NCBI RefSeq assembly: GCF_964204645.1
Contig: NC_134027.1
Coordinates: forward strand, 6,232,485-6,296,484
DNA length: 64,000 nt
Direction: 5' to 3'
Origin: Tubulanus polymorphus
Lineage: Eukaryota > Animalia > Nemertea
Shown here: positions 18,880-32,268 of the stretch, one piece after another
Layout of the letters: every line of letters starts with the position of its first letter
Numbering within the stretch: position 1 is the stretch's first letter
Translations under genes and position numbers: made by a program
Notes under the pieces: model-generated
Told to the model about the DNA's origin: nothing
The model's database searches: none
What the model saw: the letters and a program-made list of their open reading frames with translations, nothing else

Positions 18880-21800
18880 AAGGTTTGTATGTGGATATTT
18901 TTTGAGAATGCAACAGAACATAAATCAGGAATGAACTTTTTCAGGTTTAATTTCTTTTGATTAACGATATTTTAAACACTTATTGCAATAAGATTATTTC
19001 ATAGCACAAATCAAATTATACCATCAATTCCATTTGATTTATTTACATTCATTAAGTCATTAATTGCAAATTATGAAGCATTTTTACATGACTGGTAGTT
19101 AATTCTCTATTTCTCAAATTATGCCAATCATTTACGATAATCTTTCAAGTCACAAATTTCACTTCTGATTGAAATTTCAGTTTTTTTCATCAGTGAGAAA
19201 AACTGGAGAAAATTGTCAATGTTTCGAATAGCTTTGATTCTTGTTTGCGTTAGTTTTTGCGAATCGTATGCCTTCGACTTTTTGTATTATGTTTCTTATG
19301 TATTAGAATATATTTACCTACAGAAACCATGTTTATACCGGACTTAACTAGCGATGGGTATATCCATTTTTTTGGATGCTACAAACCCCAAATGCCGGAA
19401 AACTGATAATTTACAAATATAACATTGCCTTATGTTAACCCATAACGGCATTTTATGTTACTTGCAAAATACCATTTATATATGTCTAGGTGATAGATGT
19501 TTTAGAATTTCTTCTCTTTTCCCTCTTTTGCATTGCTTTATGTGATATATATCGTAGCCCATTATTGCATACCGCATTTACCCATGTAGTATTTTAAATT
19601 ATATCGGCTGCACATGTATTGTATATATTCATTTATTAATGATCATTATTATAATATTATCATAACATACATCTATGTAGGTTTGATAGTGTAAAAATGT
19701 GTTGGGTCGATCTCATATTTTTCCCATATAGATATTAGAAATTAATTAGTTCTTTTTACTTTATTTTCAGCTATTGAGACCATAATAGAACTTAATTGAT
19801 TGTTAAATACCTGCGAGCTCTTCCCTTTTGTACTGCTGGATGATGAACGAGGAAGTATTGCATATTTCAATGGGTTTTCTGACTGGGAAATACATAAAAT
19901 CTCAAAACAGCATTGCTTTTTTGGAATATTATGATTCAATATTTTCGAAGAATAATGTTGAATGTGGAATGAAGTTTGAATACTGAATATGTATTGGATG
20001 AAAAGTGTATCATGATTAATCTGTTCTGTGCTATTTCTAGAAATGTTATGTTTGAAATAGTATGCTTAAAATGCTGTTTTTAGTTTGATGAAATTATTAA
20101 GAAGGACATCGAATAATGCATAGCATAATCAGAGCTATAGATGTTTTCCACATTCCTTAAGATATTACTTGAATACCATAGCAATAACATGTAATCAGGA
20201 TCAATTCTGTATAATTAAAATGTATTTTAAGTGAAATATTAGTATTTATATTACACTGGTTGTTTGATATGCAGCTTATAAAAGCAATTTTCAACTGCAT
20301 AGGATAATCTTAACGTGTGTATCTTTTGTTTGTGTAGGTTTTATCTTATTCAAATCTGAATGATAATCAGTGGCTGCTTCTGTTTTCAATTTGATATCTG
20401 TCCTGAAAGCAATATTCACAATAGTGATTTTTATGATATATTTACCACCGACCCTCATTTTGAGTTTTTCACCTTTGTCTTATTTTTCCAAACTTTTTTG
20501 GAAAATATTTTTTAAATATCTGAACAAAAATGAACTCTTCCTATTTTCTATACCACCGGTTTTATTCACTCACAGAAAGGATACCGACAGCATCACCAGA
20601 GGCCTTCTGCCTTACAACTGTCTGAGTTCGAGGCTCTTTTCTGTGGTTTGAATCCAAACAATTTTTGCTTGATTGGTGTGATTGATGTAACAGTGTAATA
20701 ATGATTGTATGATAAAACTTGCTGTGCAAGCTCGATATTACTTAGTATTTATGTGCATTTCATCAATGTGTAGTAAATTGAATTGTGATATCGCAGATCT
20801 AGTCTATTGTGGATTGAAGAATGTGAATTTTAGATAACCAAAAGAAATTGATTGATTTGAACGTTGTTGTTTAATTTAGTTTTAAATTAAATCCCAGGAG
20901 TGTTACAGTGTGTAAATGGTGTAATCTAAGATGAAGATAAATCTATATGTCAAGATTGTACAACAAACGTTACAGATAAAAACATATTTTGTGCCGAATG
21001 AATAGTTTCAATAAACGTATTTTCCCAGAATTTGTGTATTTTGTATTAGTTGCTGATTTGGTTTAGCAAGGAAGAAAGGAAGAAGGTTTTGAAAAGAGGA
21101 CACGAACACCAAAATGGAGACTGAATGTGGGTTCTAAACGATTTTTTCTTCCCATCTTATTTATTTATCTCAATTATAACGATGTTTTCGCCATCTATTA
21201 GAATTCCGCTGAACTATCGAATTTCGCGATCGACAATATCAAAGATAATGGATGAACGATATTTCACAAGTGCCATCTATCGGAAATCTAGAGATTCATA
21301 TCAATAAAGATTAACGCGAGTGATACGGTATGATGAAGTACTGATATTGATTCACAGACTGGAGGCCTACTACATCAATGAATAGAAGAAGAACGGCCCC
21401 ACCTACTGGTATTGATTCTGAGGCCCTAAAACTGAATAGGAGTTGATCATGCTTATCCCAGGCTTGAACCTGATAAAAGGATAACTGGGAAAGTCAAATT
21501 CCATTAGACCTTGCGACTAGTCCGAAATTATAGATTTTTTGGAGATTTCGATGACTTTCAACGGAGGTAAATGTTATATATAAGTTCATTCTGTGAATTG
21601 TTTCTGAGAGGCAGCTCCCGATATCCGACAAGTCATAGTGGACACGTCTGATCGCAATGTACGTTTTCTCTTAGATAATAAGAATCAGAAACATATACAT
21701 TGATTATCAGTTAGTTTTATTTATCAAAGTGTTAAAAATTCGTGGAAATTTTCATGCATATATATCGGACCCAATTTCACAAAAGGATTAACTCTTCAGT

Positions 21801-22165
21801 TCATTTAATTCAGTTAATCTCAAATCGACAAAGGAGCTCATTTGAAATTGGACCCAGACAAATTAAATCAAAGCCACCGATCCTATCAAATTTAGTTCAT
21901 TTTTAAGAATTGAAATCTTCGCCTTCAAATGTTGAACTGAATTCGATTGTTGGGTTGGGATAAAGGAAACAAATAATGTACCATAATGAAAATTGTTTAA
22001 ATCACCCAAAAAAAGAGATTTCGCATGAGAACAATATACGTATGTATATGCGACGCAGGAATTAAAAATAGCCAATCAACGTGCGTTGTACGGTACCTAA
22101 TTACCTTGTCTATGCGTTATACAAATAAACGTCTAAAAGGGGTTGGACACAATCTTAACAATACT

Positions 22166-24051
22166 TCAAAGATATTTCCTAAGGTACTTGATTAATTCCT
22201 CTTCTGCTTTTGGGTCAAAGAAAAGAGACCCATGGATGCCGTTCATCATATGAACGTGTTCAACGGGAATACCGGCTTTTTTCAAACGCACTGCGTACAT
22301 AAATCCATCATCCCTCAATAGATCATGTTCACACGTGAGCATGAACGTATTTGGTAATCCTTTCAAATTATCTGCTAATAACGGAGAAAAGCTCGGATCT
22401 AAAATCGTCGACTCTATTGCGTTGACTGTGAGCTGGTCACCTGGTTCGGTGGAAAACGGTTTCGTGTTCTTATTATGTCGATCTGGTAAGAGGGAACGAC
22501 TGACGTACTGGGCATATTTGTGTGATGTTTTCGAAGCCAGGGACACGTGATGGTTTTTGGCATTAAAATGTTTTAGATATTTCATCGATGGATCGGCGTA
22601 ATGTGACCAAATCTTCATTGCATTTTTGCTAGTTATTGTCCCTTTTGCATTAAGCTGGTAAGACGGGGTATTTAAATCGAAGGCTTGAAGCGCTGGGTAG
22701 ATTAGCACCTGCAGTTTAGGTTTGTTTAAACCTAATACTTCTAGTAACTGTAAATTCACAGCTGCTGCCAGATTACCGCCTGCACTGTCTCCTGAAATAA
22801 TGAATGTTCCTTTCAATTTAATGTATACAGGGTACGTAGTTTATGGAATACAAATGCCCATGGTATATTGTGATCTTTCTTCAAACATCGATATATGCTA
22901 ACCTCCAATTGCTATCCGTTTTGGATCGACTCTGTATTTCTGAGAATTTTGTAAGAAGTATGTACTGGCCACTTTACAGTCGTCCAACGATGTTGGGAAT
23001 GGATTTTCGGTGCTGGTAAGACGGTAACTGAAAATGGAAAAAAAACTAAGTGATAGAACCCAGTAAACTCTATCGTTATGGAAATATGTTCGTAAAATGA
23101 CAATTTTGACAAGTTTCAGAATTCAATGAGTACATACTTATGAAGGGAATGAACTGTGAATATCGTTGGAAGCTGTGATATCGAGTTTGTACTCACCTAA
23201 CAGATACAATGAATATTCCTGTTTTCGCTGACAGCATCCGAATAGGACGGTCATAATCGTCTGAAATTATGGGAAAAAATCGCCATGATGAGGAAAACTG
23301 TCTCAAATTCTGTTTTGGGATCAAATCATAACGATTACTGCATTTCAAAAGACTTACCTACGGTCATAGATAACCAACCTCCACCATGCATGAATATCAA
23401 GCCAGGACGATTCTGCCCCGTTGTTCTTGGATCATAGAGACGAACTTTCACGTCATTGAATTCAGTGTCAGTTACCTTAATGAGAAAGTTGATCAGACTG
23501 TTTTACGCAGCGCAGATTTTGAGATAACTAGATTGTTCAAAATGTTCTCCACAAGTCGAGCTTTATTCATTTGATAATCATCGGTTATTGTTATTTCGAC
23601 ATTCTGATCATTATCGCTTGGTATTTTAGCTCTTGACCAATTTGTAATATATACCTCTAGTTTATCTTCATCATCTATGGGTGCCTCAAGCTTTGCTAAT
23701 ATCCGTGAATATTTATCTAAAACTATTCGAAACGTGGTTCCAAAAGTGGATATACCAAGAAAACTCGAAAAGTCAGCCTGAAATTGAAAATTGTCAAAAT
23801 ATTTCTCATAACATAATCAGCAATCGGATCAACAAATTTCACATAATAGATTTTTCTGCACCGAAACCCTTCTCGACTGAATACTTGAACAGAATACTTA
23901 CTAAGTGAAATGCGATTTTATAACCTAAACCCATCATCCGAACCGTATGCGGAGATTCTGTATCTTGTGGAAGTGGTTCGTAGTACAGATAGGCAAGTAA
24001 AACTACCAGAACCGAAGGTACCAGGATAATTGTGTTCAAGACGTAACCCAT
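22166..24051 (-). CDS. Arylacetamide deacetylase / neutral cholesterol ester hydrolase-like alpha/beta hydrolase (HSL family), 6 exons
   Basis: N-terminal hydrophobic anchor, HGGGW oxyanion motif, SYRL, VDPKRIAIG|GDSAGGNLA (catalytic Ser), CEHDLLRDDG (Asp) and IHG (His). The frame is intact across all junctions. Confidence 0.93.
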
Positions 24052-25632
24052 GCTGTTAGATAGATAATAAATACATTTCGTTATCGTATTAATTGATATC
24101 GCGAATTGGTCTCATAATATGTAGTGCGTATCTCGTTTTGTTCCTTTATACTCCTTCGAATTGTGTTTTTCACTTCTCTTCCCTGTTAAACTCTACGTAA
24201 AAGGTAGGGACATTATTCCAAGCAACTTAGCGAAGATGCTTTAAATGCTCCTGCCAACTTCTTTTAACGCATTGTATGTAGAATATTTCATACTGTCAAA
24301 ATAAGTGTGTATTCAGTGACTAATTTTCTCGATGTCTTTATATGTAAATCTTGGTTCAAAATAAAGAGCCATTAAACTAAAATGGTTACTTTTTGCTCAT
24401 CCAGTTTTAAGACAAATACTAAGGCACTTATCGTCCGATAGAGTTTTCAAAACAGCTCATCAATCTATTGGAATAAACTCCGACCAACTTGAATCGATCA
24501 ATGCCAAAACTCAATGTTCCTTTCAGCAACCTGCAAAAAAGAATTCTAGATATTTACCTTGAACGTCGAGGCCCCTAGATGCCAAGAAACGGGTATACCG
24601 AATACACGATAGCAAGTCTACTACAGCGCTAAGTGTTGCCTCGAATAATGAACTAGTACTAGCCTGTTTCTTCTTATCCAGAATATGAAAATAACTCAGG
24701 AAAAGTAAATTGATATTGTGTTCAGCACTGATCAGTACTTCGCGCGATAAGATACGACGTGTACGAAAGTCTAGGGCAAAATATATTCATGTTTTTTAAG
24801 TATTTGAATTGATGATTTCAGTTGATATTCACGTGTACACATTCATGAATTCTGTAATGATGAACTCAGAACCAGCCCCACAGTCGTAAGATTCAACTTA
24901 TATTGTCAAAAGAGGTCGATTTTTTACCTTGATTAAAAAATCAAACTCTGTGGAACTGTGTCTGTATGAATATAATTTGTATGTGTCGAGTCCATGTGAT
25001 GATGAAGTAGAAATATTAGGAAACGTCCAGCAATACTTGTTTTTCAAAGGGAGCAGGGAAACAACTCGTATAACTCCTTCCAGCGAATCCGATCATTTAT
25101 CTTCAAAATCCAGTAAAATATGATAAAACGTATATTTTCTTAAGTTCAAATGATTTTCATTTATTAACATGAACTGTAAATAAATAATAATGATATAAAA
25201 TTTTACTAACTCCAGATGAACTTGCAATACGCAGATTTGTTTCCATATATATCGTTGTTACCTGAATGACATCGACATATCAATGTATACTGTGATCACT
25301 GATAGTTATGTTTTATTCAATAGTTCAATTTTTCCCATATCAGTTCAACGTACATTTAGAAAACTAAAATGGACGGAATTTCTTACTGTGCATAAACACA
25401 GAACTTTTTAAAAAGACAATTACATCATTTCATATATTTTATTGAACAATACGGTTCATTACTATTTTTTAGAAACTCAATAACGTAAGATATCAAAAAA
25501 ATCTTTTAAACCTCACAAAAAAGAACAATTGTATTTTTGAATTGGTTGCAACTACCTGTTTTCAGGATTAAGATATTCACAAAAAACAAACCGTTTGAAC
25601 AGACATATTGAAATCATATATATTTGTTGAGA

Positions 25633-28600
25633 TTAAAGTTTTTTCGGTAGAGGCTCAACGAGCATGCTCTCTATACATTCAAACACGGTGTGCGGATCTT
25701 GGTCGGCGTTTAAATGTTGGCCATCGGTGTAAAAATCGGCGATCTCTTCGACGTAGACGTGGTACTGCGTAAGACGTTTTTTCACCTCCTTTTCGCTGTT
25801 TTTCGGGTGGTATACAAGACGGTTTTTAATCTGTTGAGTTCGCGGTGGGTTGTACAATAAGTGATAACGCTCGCCGGTGATCGGGTCGGTCGCTAACATT
25901 GACAAACGCTCAATGATTGAATCGTTCGGTACATCCATGAAAAACACCCTGAAAATGATAAGAAATTTACAATAAATGATAGGTACATTAAAGCTACACG
26001 TGCAATTGATTGAATTATTTTTTCTAAAAAATTTTTTATTCCTAATCGTACAGCAAAGTACAATGCTCATTGAGCAGAACAAGAAAAAAAGAATTGTTAC
26101 AATATACAAATGCTATCCTGCTGATGAAAAAGTAGAAGTAGTCTGCATTCTTAGTGGATACTTTTTAATCCAAATTATCAAGAAATCTGAACAGAAATGA
26201 TATTTCATGAATCATGCTAAGATTTAATTAATTGAATGGGTTTCATAGCACGTCATACAGCATGCACTACAGCCAAGTTCAAATGCACTCACTCATAGAG
26301 AGAGAGTTAACTACTGGAAGTCAAGTGATAATTCTACTTTTTTGAGGCAAATAAGAAAACACTTATTAATGTTATTCAGTAGCTTCAATTTGACTGTTTA
26401 AACTGCTAGTTAGAATTCAATTCATTGATAATATTACTGGTACCTGTTAGGAATAAATCCAGCAGTGGTAAGTTGTTCAGCCTGCTCTCGAGTACGCGGA
26501 TATCCATGGAGAACCCAACCACGTGTAACGCAGTCCAACTGACTTAGTCGATCCTTCAGTATATTCAAGACAAGAGCATCGGGAACTGAAAGGAGAACAC
26601 CCAAAAATGTTTTCAATAATAAATATGACAATATGATAAGTATGATATTGAATCTGTTGATAGTGTTATCATCATATTGAAAGTGTCTGGATTATAATTC
26701 CAGTAAGTTTACATACCCAACATTTCTTTTTCAATGTAAGGCTTAATAGCTGTTCCCATACTAGTCTCATCAACTATACACTGCTTTATCAACTGTCCCA
26801 TAGACACTGAAATAGGATATTTATCATTCATAATGGTGATATAGACTTTAACCAAATACAAGCATTGAAATTACCTAGGTACCAAGACAAGTGATATTTC
26901 AAAGACTTTTGCTTACCATTTACGATATTATATTTACTAGCAAGTAAAGCTGCCTGTCCTGCTTTTCCACATCCAGTCGGTCCAAGCAGTACAACTCTTG
27001 GATTATGAGGGGCAGCTGATCTGCGTTGACTTTGAAGGAAAGTTATAACTGAAAATCAAACAAAAAATCTATAGAAACAGGTTTACTTTAAAATACAAAT
27101 AAGATGTAAAATTGGAGATTTCCAGGTATTTATTGAGTAATGAATGGAGTCTCTGATTCTCTATCAACCTTGTGAGAAGACGTCTGATTTTGGTTGATCA
27201 GCATTGATGAATTTAGTTGATTTCTGAAAACAGTCGACAATTCCCTCGATGTGTCTGTGATAGACCATCAATTTTTCAACAAGTTCTTCTTCGTTGTTTC
27301 CCACTTCTTCTTCGAGACGTTCCACGACTTCAGCACTGGTTGGCCAATCAAAACTTACATGGTACACATCTAATTAGTACCGGCAAATAGAAAAATCAAA
27401 CTAGTTATTCTTCTGCTACCGTTATATTGAAATAATGATTTGGTTGGTAGCACTTAAAATTCTCACTGCAAACAATTAAACCGAAGAGGATAGAAATAAG
27501 TTTAGGGTTGTAACATACCACCAGTTTTGGGATCAACTCTTTTTCCTGCTGCCCTTTCAATAAGAACTGTGTCTGGAGCCTCTAAAATAACTGCGATGAA
27601 TAAAAGATAGAAATACCTATTTCATCTCACTGATCAACTCGGAAAGTAGGTAAAGTCCGTGCAATGTTTTAGAGTTCCAACTCTCAACTCTTGTCAACTA
27701 CATGGCAAGAGCAATTTGTTGTTTCATTGCAGTCTTTTTGCCAAAAGTAGAATACATGTAGTAACAAAACACATGTAGCAATAATACTTAACCTACCACA
27801 ATGTTTTGGATAAATTCCTGCTGTGACTAAGGCCAAAGCTTGTTCTCTGTTCTGTGGGAATCCTTCCAGAACCCAACCCTTTTTCACGCAGTCGAAAAGT
27901 TGTATTCGTTCTTTTATGATTTCGACCCACACCGATGTAGGAACAGACTGAAATGTTATGCCAAATCTTCCTAAGTTTCTCAAAGACGACATACCATTGC
28001 AAAATGTAACTTTCCCATGAAGGGCTAGCAACCATTTACAGCGATTGATGGCAAAGAGGTCAAAGAATCAATTACAACTATAGATATAAAATGATTGTAT
28101 AGAATTAGAAGTAAGGTAAGAAAGGCTAGTTGAAAATTGCTTTAAAAGATTGAATAACCTGTTTCTGTTTGACCAATTCTTCCAAACGTCTTTTCATGTC
28201 TTGACTCGCATCTTGAACAAGTGTTTTCAAGTTGAGATGAGCCGTACGCAGTTTGCTGCAAATTTGCTTTGCCATAGTATACTTTCCAGCTGCTGGTGGA
28301 CCAAGTAAAATGATTTGTGGAACTGAAACGAAGCCAACATAAGACCATTAAATACACATATCATGATGAAATGAAGTTTAATCGTATTTCTATGGGAACT
28401 CATCAAACTTACTGTCATCATTTTCTCTTTTCAATAATTCAATCATGAAATCAATCGGATCCTCTGGTTTGTTAACTGTTACTTGCTCAAGCAATCGCTG
28501 TAAAATGAATGATGATCATCATTAAAGAATCTTTTTTTAAAGAATTTGTTCATGTTTTACAATCATGGAGGCCTATTCCGGCCTAATATTAGTTTGTAGT

Positions 28601-29020
28601 AGGCTAATAGATATATTCATTTAGTCTTGATGATTGTTCTTGTTGTTCTGCCGCCCAAACTGGGACGGGGTGTAAATTGAGGCGAGGCCGGAGCGGAGGG
28701 CCTAAATTAAATAAAAACTAGCTAAGCCCGGGTTTCTCTAAGTCTTGTCTTGTTGAGTGACTCTTAAATCTAAATTTTATTTCTTTTCTTTCTCATGTTC
28801 GATCAACATTATGTTAACACTTTATGAGAAAGCTTTTAAATGTTTTATTTGTAAAATCTTAGAGTCAATAAAATTCTAATGACTGCATTTGAATTGTTTT
28901 GTATTGTTGTTGTGATCATTCAAAACGGTATTTTACCTTGCACATATCAAATATTTCATGGCTCTCGGCATATGTGGCAAATTGAGGTGGAATTCTCAAC
29001 GGGCGTTTTGTTTGGTCCAT
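25633..29020 (-). CDS. AK8: Adenylate kinase 8 (two AK domains; axonemal), multi-exon
   Basis: N-terminus [25 protein letters not shown]-loops [10 protein letters not shown] and [29 protein letters not shown] and [22 protein letters not shown] motifs GKRVDPKTG and [10 protein letters not shown]. Ends VEPLPKKL*. Confidence 0.93.
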
Positions 29021-29080
29021 TTCCTTAGCTTTTCTTTTGCTTTCTTTTATAAGAAACAAAAAATCAACATTTATGAACGT

Positions 29081-29101
29081 GTAACCAGGAAACTGTAAAC
29101 A
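29081..29101. promoter_or_regulatory. RFX X-box abutting a forkhead (FOXJ1-type) site about 60 bp upstream of the AK8 ATG
   Basis: GTAACCAGGAAAC (29081-29093) is followed immediately by TGTAAACA (29094-29101). Confidence 0.6.
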
Positions 29102-29799
29102 ATAATTCTCTTCCGGGTTATGGTATTCACTAATTCTTAGCTATAGGACTCGGACACCCAATCCGGACAGGAACCCGGACATGTACTCGGCCCGTTAGTT
29201 TAGGCGGGTGTTATTCGGCCGAACTGACGCTAGCAGATGGAACTTAATACATGATACAAAATAAATCTACTCAAATTATTCAGGGATCAGGGATTAAAGC
29301 CTAGGAAAGAGACGTCGTAACATGAGTCAGCTTCATCGTATGTATCGGGCCCTAAGGCCTAGACGCGTCTCGGGCGGGTCAGCCCGGTCGCTGGAGTCGG
29401 CGCCCCCGCTGGTTACTCTTATAGAACAATCCTGAAACTTCATACAGCAGGATAGGGCTTTGACCAAGACTACTTTTGCCAGTGACACAGTACGACGACG
29501 ATTCTCTGAATGAAAATTCAAATATGTGACTTGAGTGATTCGGCTAATAGTGAATTAATTCACGTGTAACTTTTACGACACCTGTTGTTATATGTTAAAT
29601 AAAGCGAGTAGTTACTGGCCACCGTACCCCATTGGTTTAATGTCGTATCTGCAGGTCATAGACTAAGGTCCGTAGTGATAGGCACCAGGAAGCTAAATAC
29701 TTACTTCTCAATATTTACTGACCATGCTGAGCTATCTTCAAAAAATGAAGATTTACATATCTCAATTTTCATTTAGAGAGGTCCGATTTGAGTTGAAAA

Positions 29800-31401
29800 A
29801 TGATCAGGTTGGCTATACTAACATTAGCAGTGTTTTCATCAGTTGAATCAATTGCCCAAGTCGACTGGAGAGCCGAAGGCGCCGTCACTGAAGTAATGAA
29901 TCAGGTATATTACCAATCTGTTACATACGCCATCATCTTTCAGTTGTCAGTTTTGTCATAAACCACCGCAAAATATTCATTTTGAAAAAAAGTTGATGCT
30001 AGTTACTCAACGCTATCCTATAAAACTTTAAACTATTGTCCTAATCTATTTCTAGTTCTGATTTTATGATTTTCCATTATCACTCAATATTTTAAAGTGT
30101 TGTACGTTCTTCAAAATGAACAATTAAAAAGATGACATTTCTTTTTTCATTTACACTCATTCGTTTCTCGCCTTATTTGGCCATATTTTTCTTTATTTGT
30201 GGTAGGGTCAATGTGGATCTTCGTGGGCATTTGCTGCAACTGGAGCGCTCGAAGGTTTCTTTTTTCGTAAAACAGGCAAACTCGTTAAACTTTCCGAACA
30301 AAACGTAGTGGACTGTACGAAGAGCTTTGGTAAGGAATGCGGGCAAACATACCATCAGTTTTTCCCACGGATGCCTTGCAAATAAGCAGCACAAACCTAT
30401 CACGCTATGGTGCCAGGCCATTATAGTTCACGCTTTATGCATACTTATGTAAATCTATATTTTAATGCAAATAGAACCCATTCAAATTGACCCCTTTGAT
30501 AATAACTATGAAGGTAATTAATAAATAATATGTAGGTAACAATGGATGTAGAGGAGGCTGGCCAGGGAACGCTCTCAAATACGTTCGAAGCAACACAGGT
30601 ATCGACACAGAAAGCTCCTACCCGTACTATAAGAGGGTAAGTAGTAAATGGAGGTTTATCTTTGCAAAGGATTGAGCGATTGTTTTGCCACTGATCTAAC
30701 TTATGGATTTTTTCCTCCCAGGAACTCGGTTATTGCTATTACAGAAGGGAATATAATGGTGCTTCGAGTGGAGTCAGCGGTATTAGTTATATTCCAACGG
30801 GTGATGAAAATGCGCTGAAGGCCGCTGTTAAGATAGGACCAGTAGCCGCATCGATCGATGCATCGCATCCGTCTTTCTCTACCTACCGTAAAGGTATTTA
30901 CTACGAATCGAGATGTGGAAATGGGCTAAAACACCTTACGCAGTCAGTACTTATTGTCGGTTACGGCAATGAAAGCGGAGCGGACTACTGGCTTATAAAG
31001 AACAGGTAACTTGTATACTTTATGAGGCAATCACGTTTGTGTAATAATATATTGGCAGCGCATACCATAGCGTTATCCATGTATTGATATTGCTGCTTAT
31101 ATTGCGATATCTGCAGAATTCAACACGGATATTCTTCTCAGGAAACATGTGTACCACTAATCCAATAGGGTTAGTCTTGGGAAACCAAGATCCAAGCGAC
31201 GTAAAGCCTAACGAACAAAACCCTCTTCGGCGTTCATGGCACCACTCAACGCGTTTCAATGACAATTTCCATTTCTTTTCAATGCGAGATTTTTCTCATT
31301 ACAGTTATGGAACCTTTTGGGGATTGGAAGGCTACATGAAAATAGCCAGAAACAGAAACAACCAGTGCGGCATCGCTACTAAGGCATTCATTGTAATATG
31401 A
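29800..31401 (+). CDS. Secreted papain/cathepsin-L-fold protein, 236 aa, no prodomain, catalytic Cys->Ser and His->Gln
   Basis: Exons 29800-29904, 30206-30329, 30536-30636, 30722-31005 and 31305-31401 total 711 nt with an open frame: [35 protein letters not shown]|GQCGSSWAF...LSEQNVVDC..|[18 protein letters not shown]..|..[32 protein letters not shown]|[25 protein letters not shown]. Confidence 0.92.
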
Positions 31402-32268
31402 AGTACCCATGCATTGATTATGAAAATAAAGCATTAGAAAATAGACATTGCAAAAGCGAAAAAATTATGGTCTTTTTAATTTCGACGTTCATTTTCACAA
31501 TTTTGGTCACAGAATCCTTTTTCGTGATTCCTGCATAAAACAGCCTCCATATCCTCTCATCCAATAAAACAACAAAACACCGAGCCTTTGTGTGGAGGTT
31601 TAATTTCAATTCGGTTTTATTTCAATTGCCTTTTTAAAAAAGGTGGTGATTTAAGTTTTTCCGAGAAATAACCAACATTGATAATCTTAAAGATCAGAGG
31701 AAAAGTTTAAGCCACTCTAGAAAAATTGATATCCTCCAACGAACAGTCCGGAATAACCTATCTTTGTTTGGTAAAGAAAATTAAAAGATTATCAAAATAC
31801 TTTGGGATTTACAAATGAAATTACATTTTGAATTACCCGCCAGATGACTCACGGCCATTGCACAACCACAACATGTTCAGACAGGATTACTGCTCGAACA
31901 GGTTCAGGCAGGTTTCAGTGCTGCGCTCTGTCGCAAACGGCTATAAGTACGGTGCGCGCTGGAGAAATTACAGTACAGTAACGCGAACATTGATCATAAC
32001 CACACACACTTCACACCCATACACACGAAGCAGTGAAGCGGCGAAATTTTAAGTAAGAAAGGATTGGGTTCGCAACGAACTATCCAGTCTTACTTGAAAC
32101 CGAAAACGACATCTTTTATTTTGGATGTTGAAAAATTCCAATGTCGAAACAGCTATGTTAAAAAATGAATAGAAAATGCATTTCATTAGAATATCGAATT
32201 ATTATTCATCATTTATGTTATAGTTTTAGGGGGAGATTTTAGGGTCGATTTCTTAATTACAGGTCGAA

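Noticed and set aside
31140-31260. Possible SINE 3' fragment (GACGTAAAGCC) in the last cathepsin-like intron
   Set aside because: No A/B boxes, tail or TSD are recognisable.
29800-31401. Calling the cathepsin-like gene a pseudogene or a true silicatein
   Set aside because: The frame, splice sites and structural Cys are intact, which argues against a pseudogene. The catalytic His and the Ser cluster typical of sponge silicateins are absent, which argues against a true silicatein.
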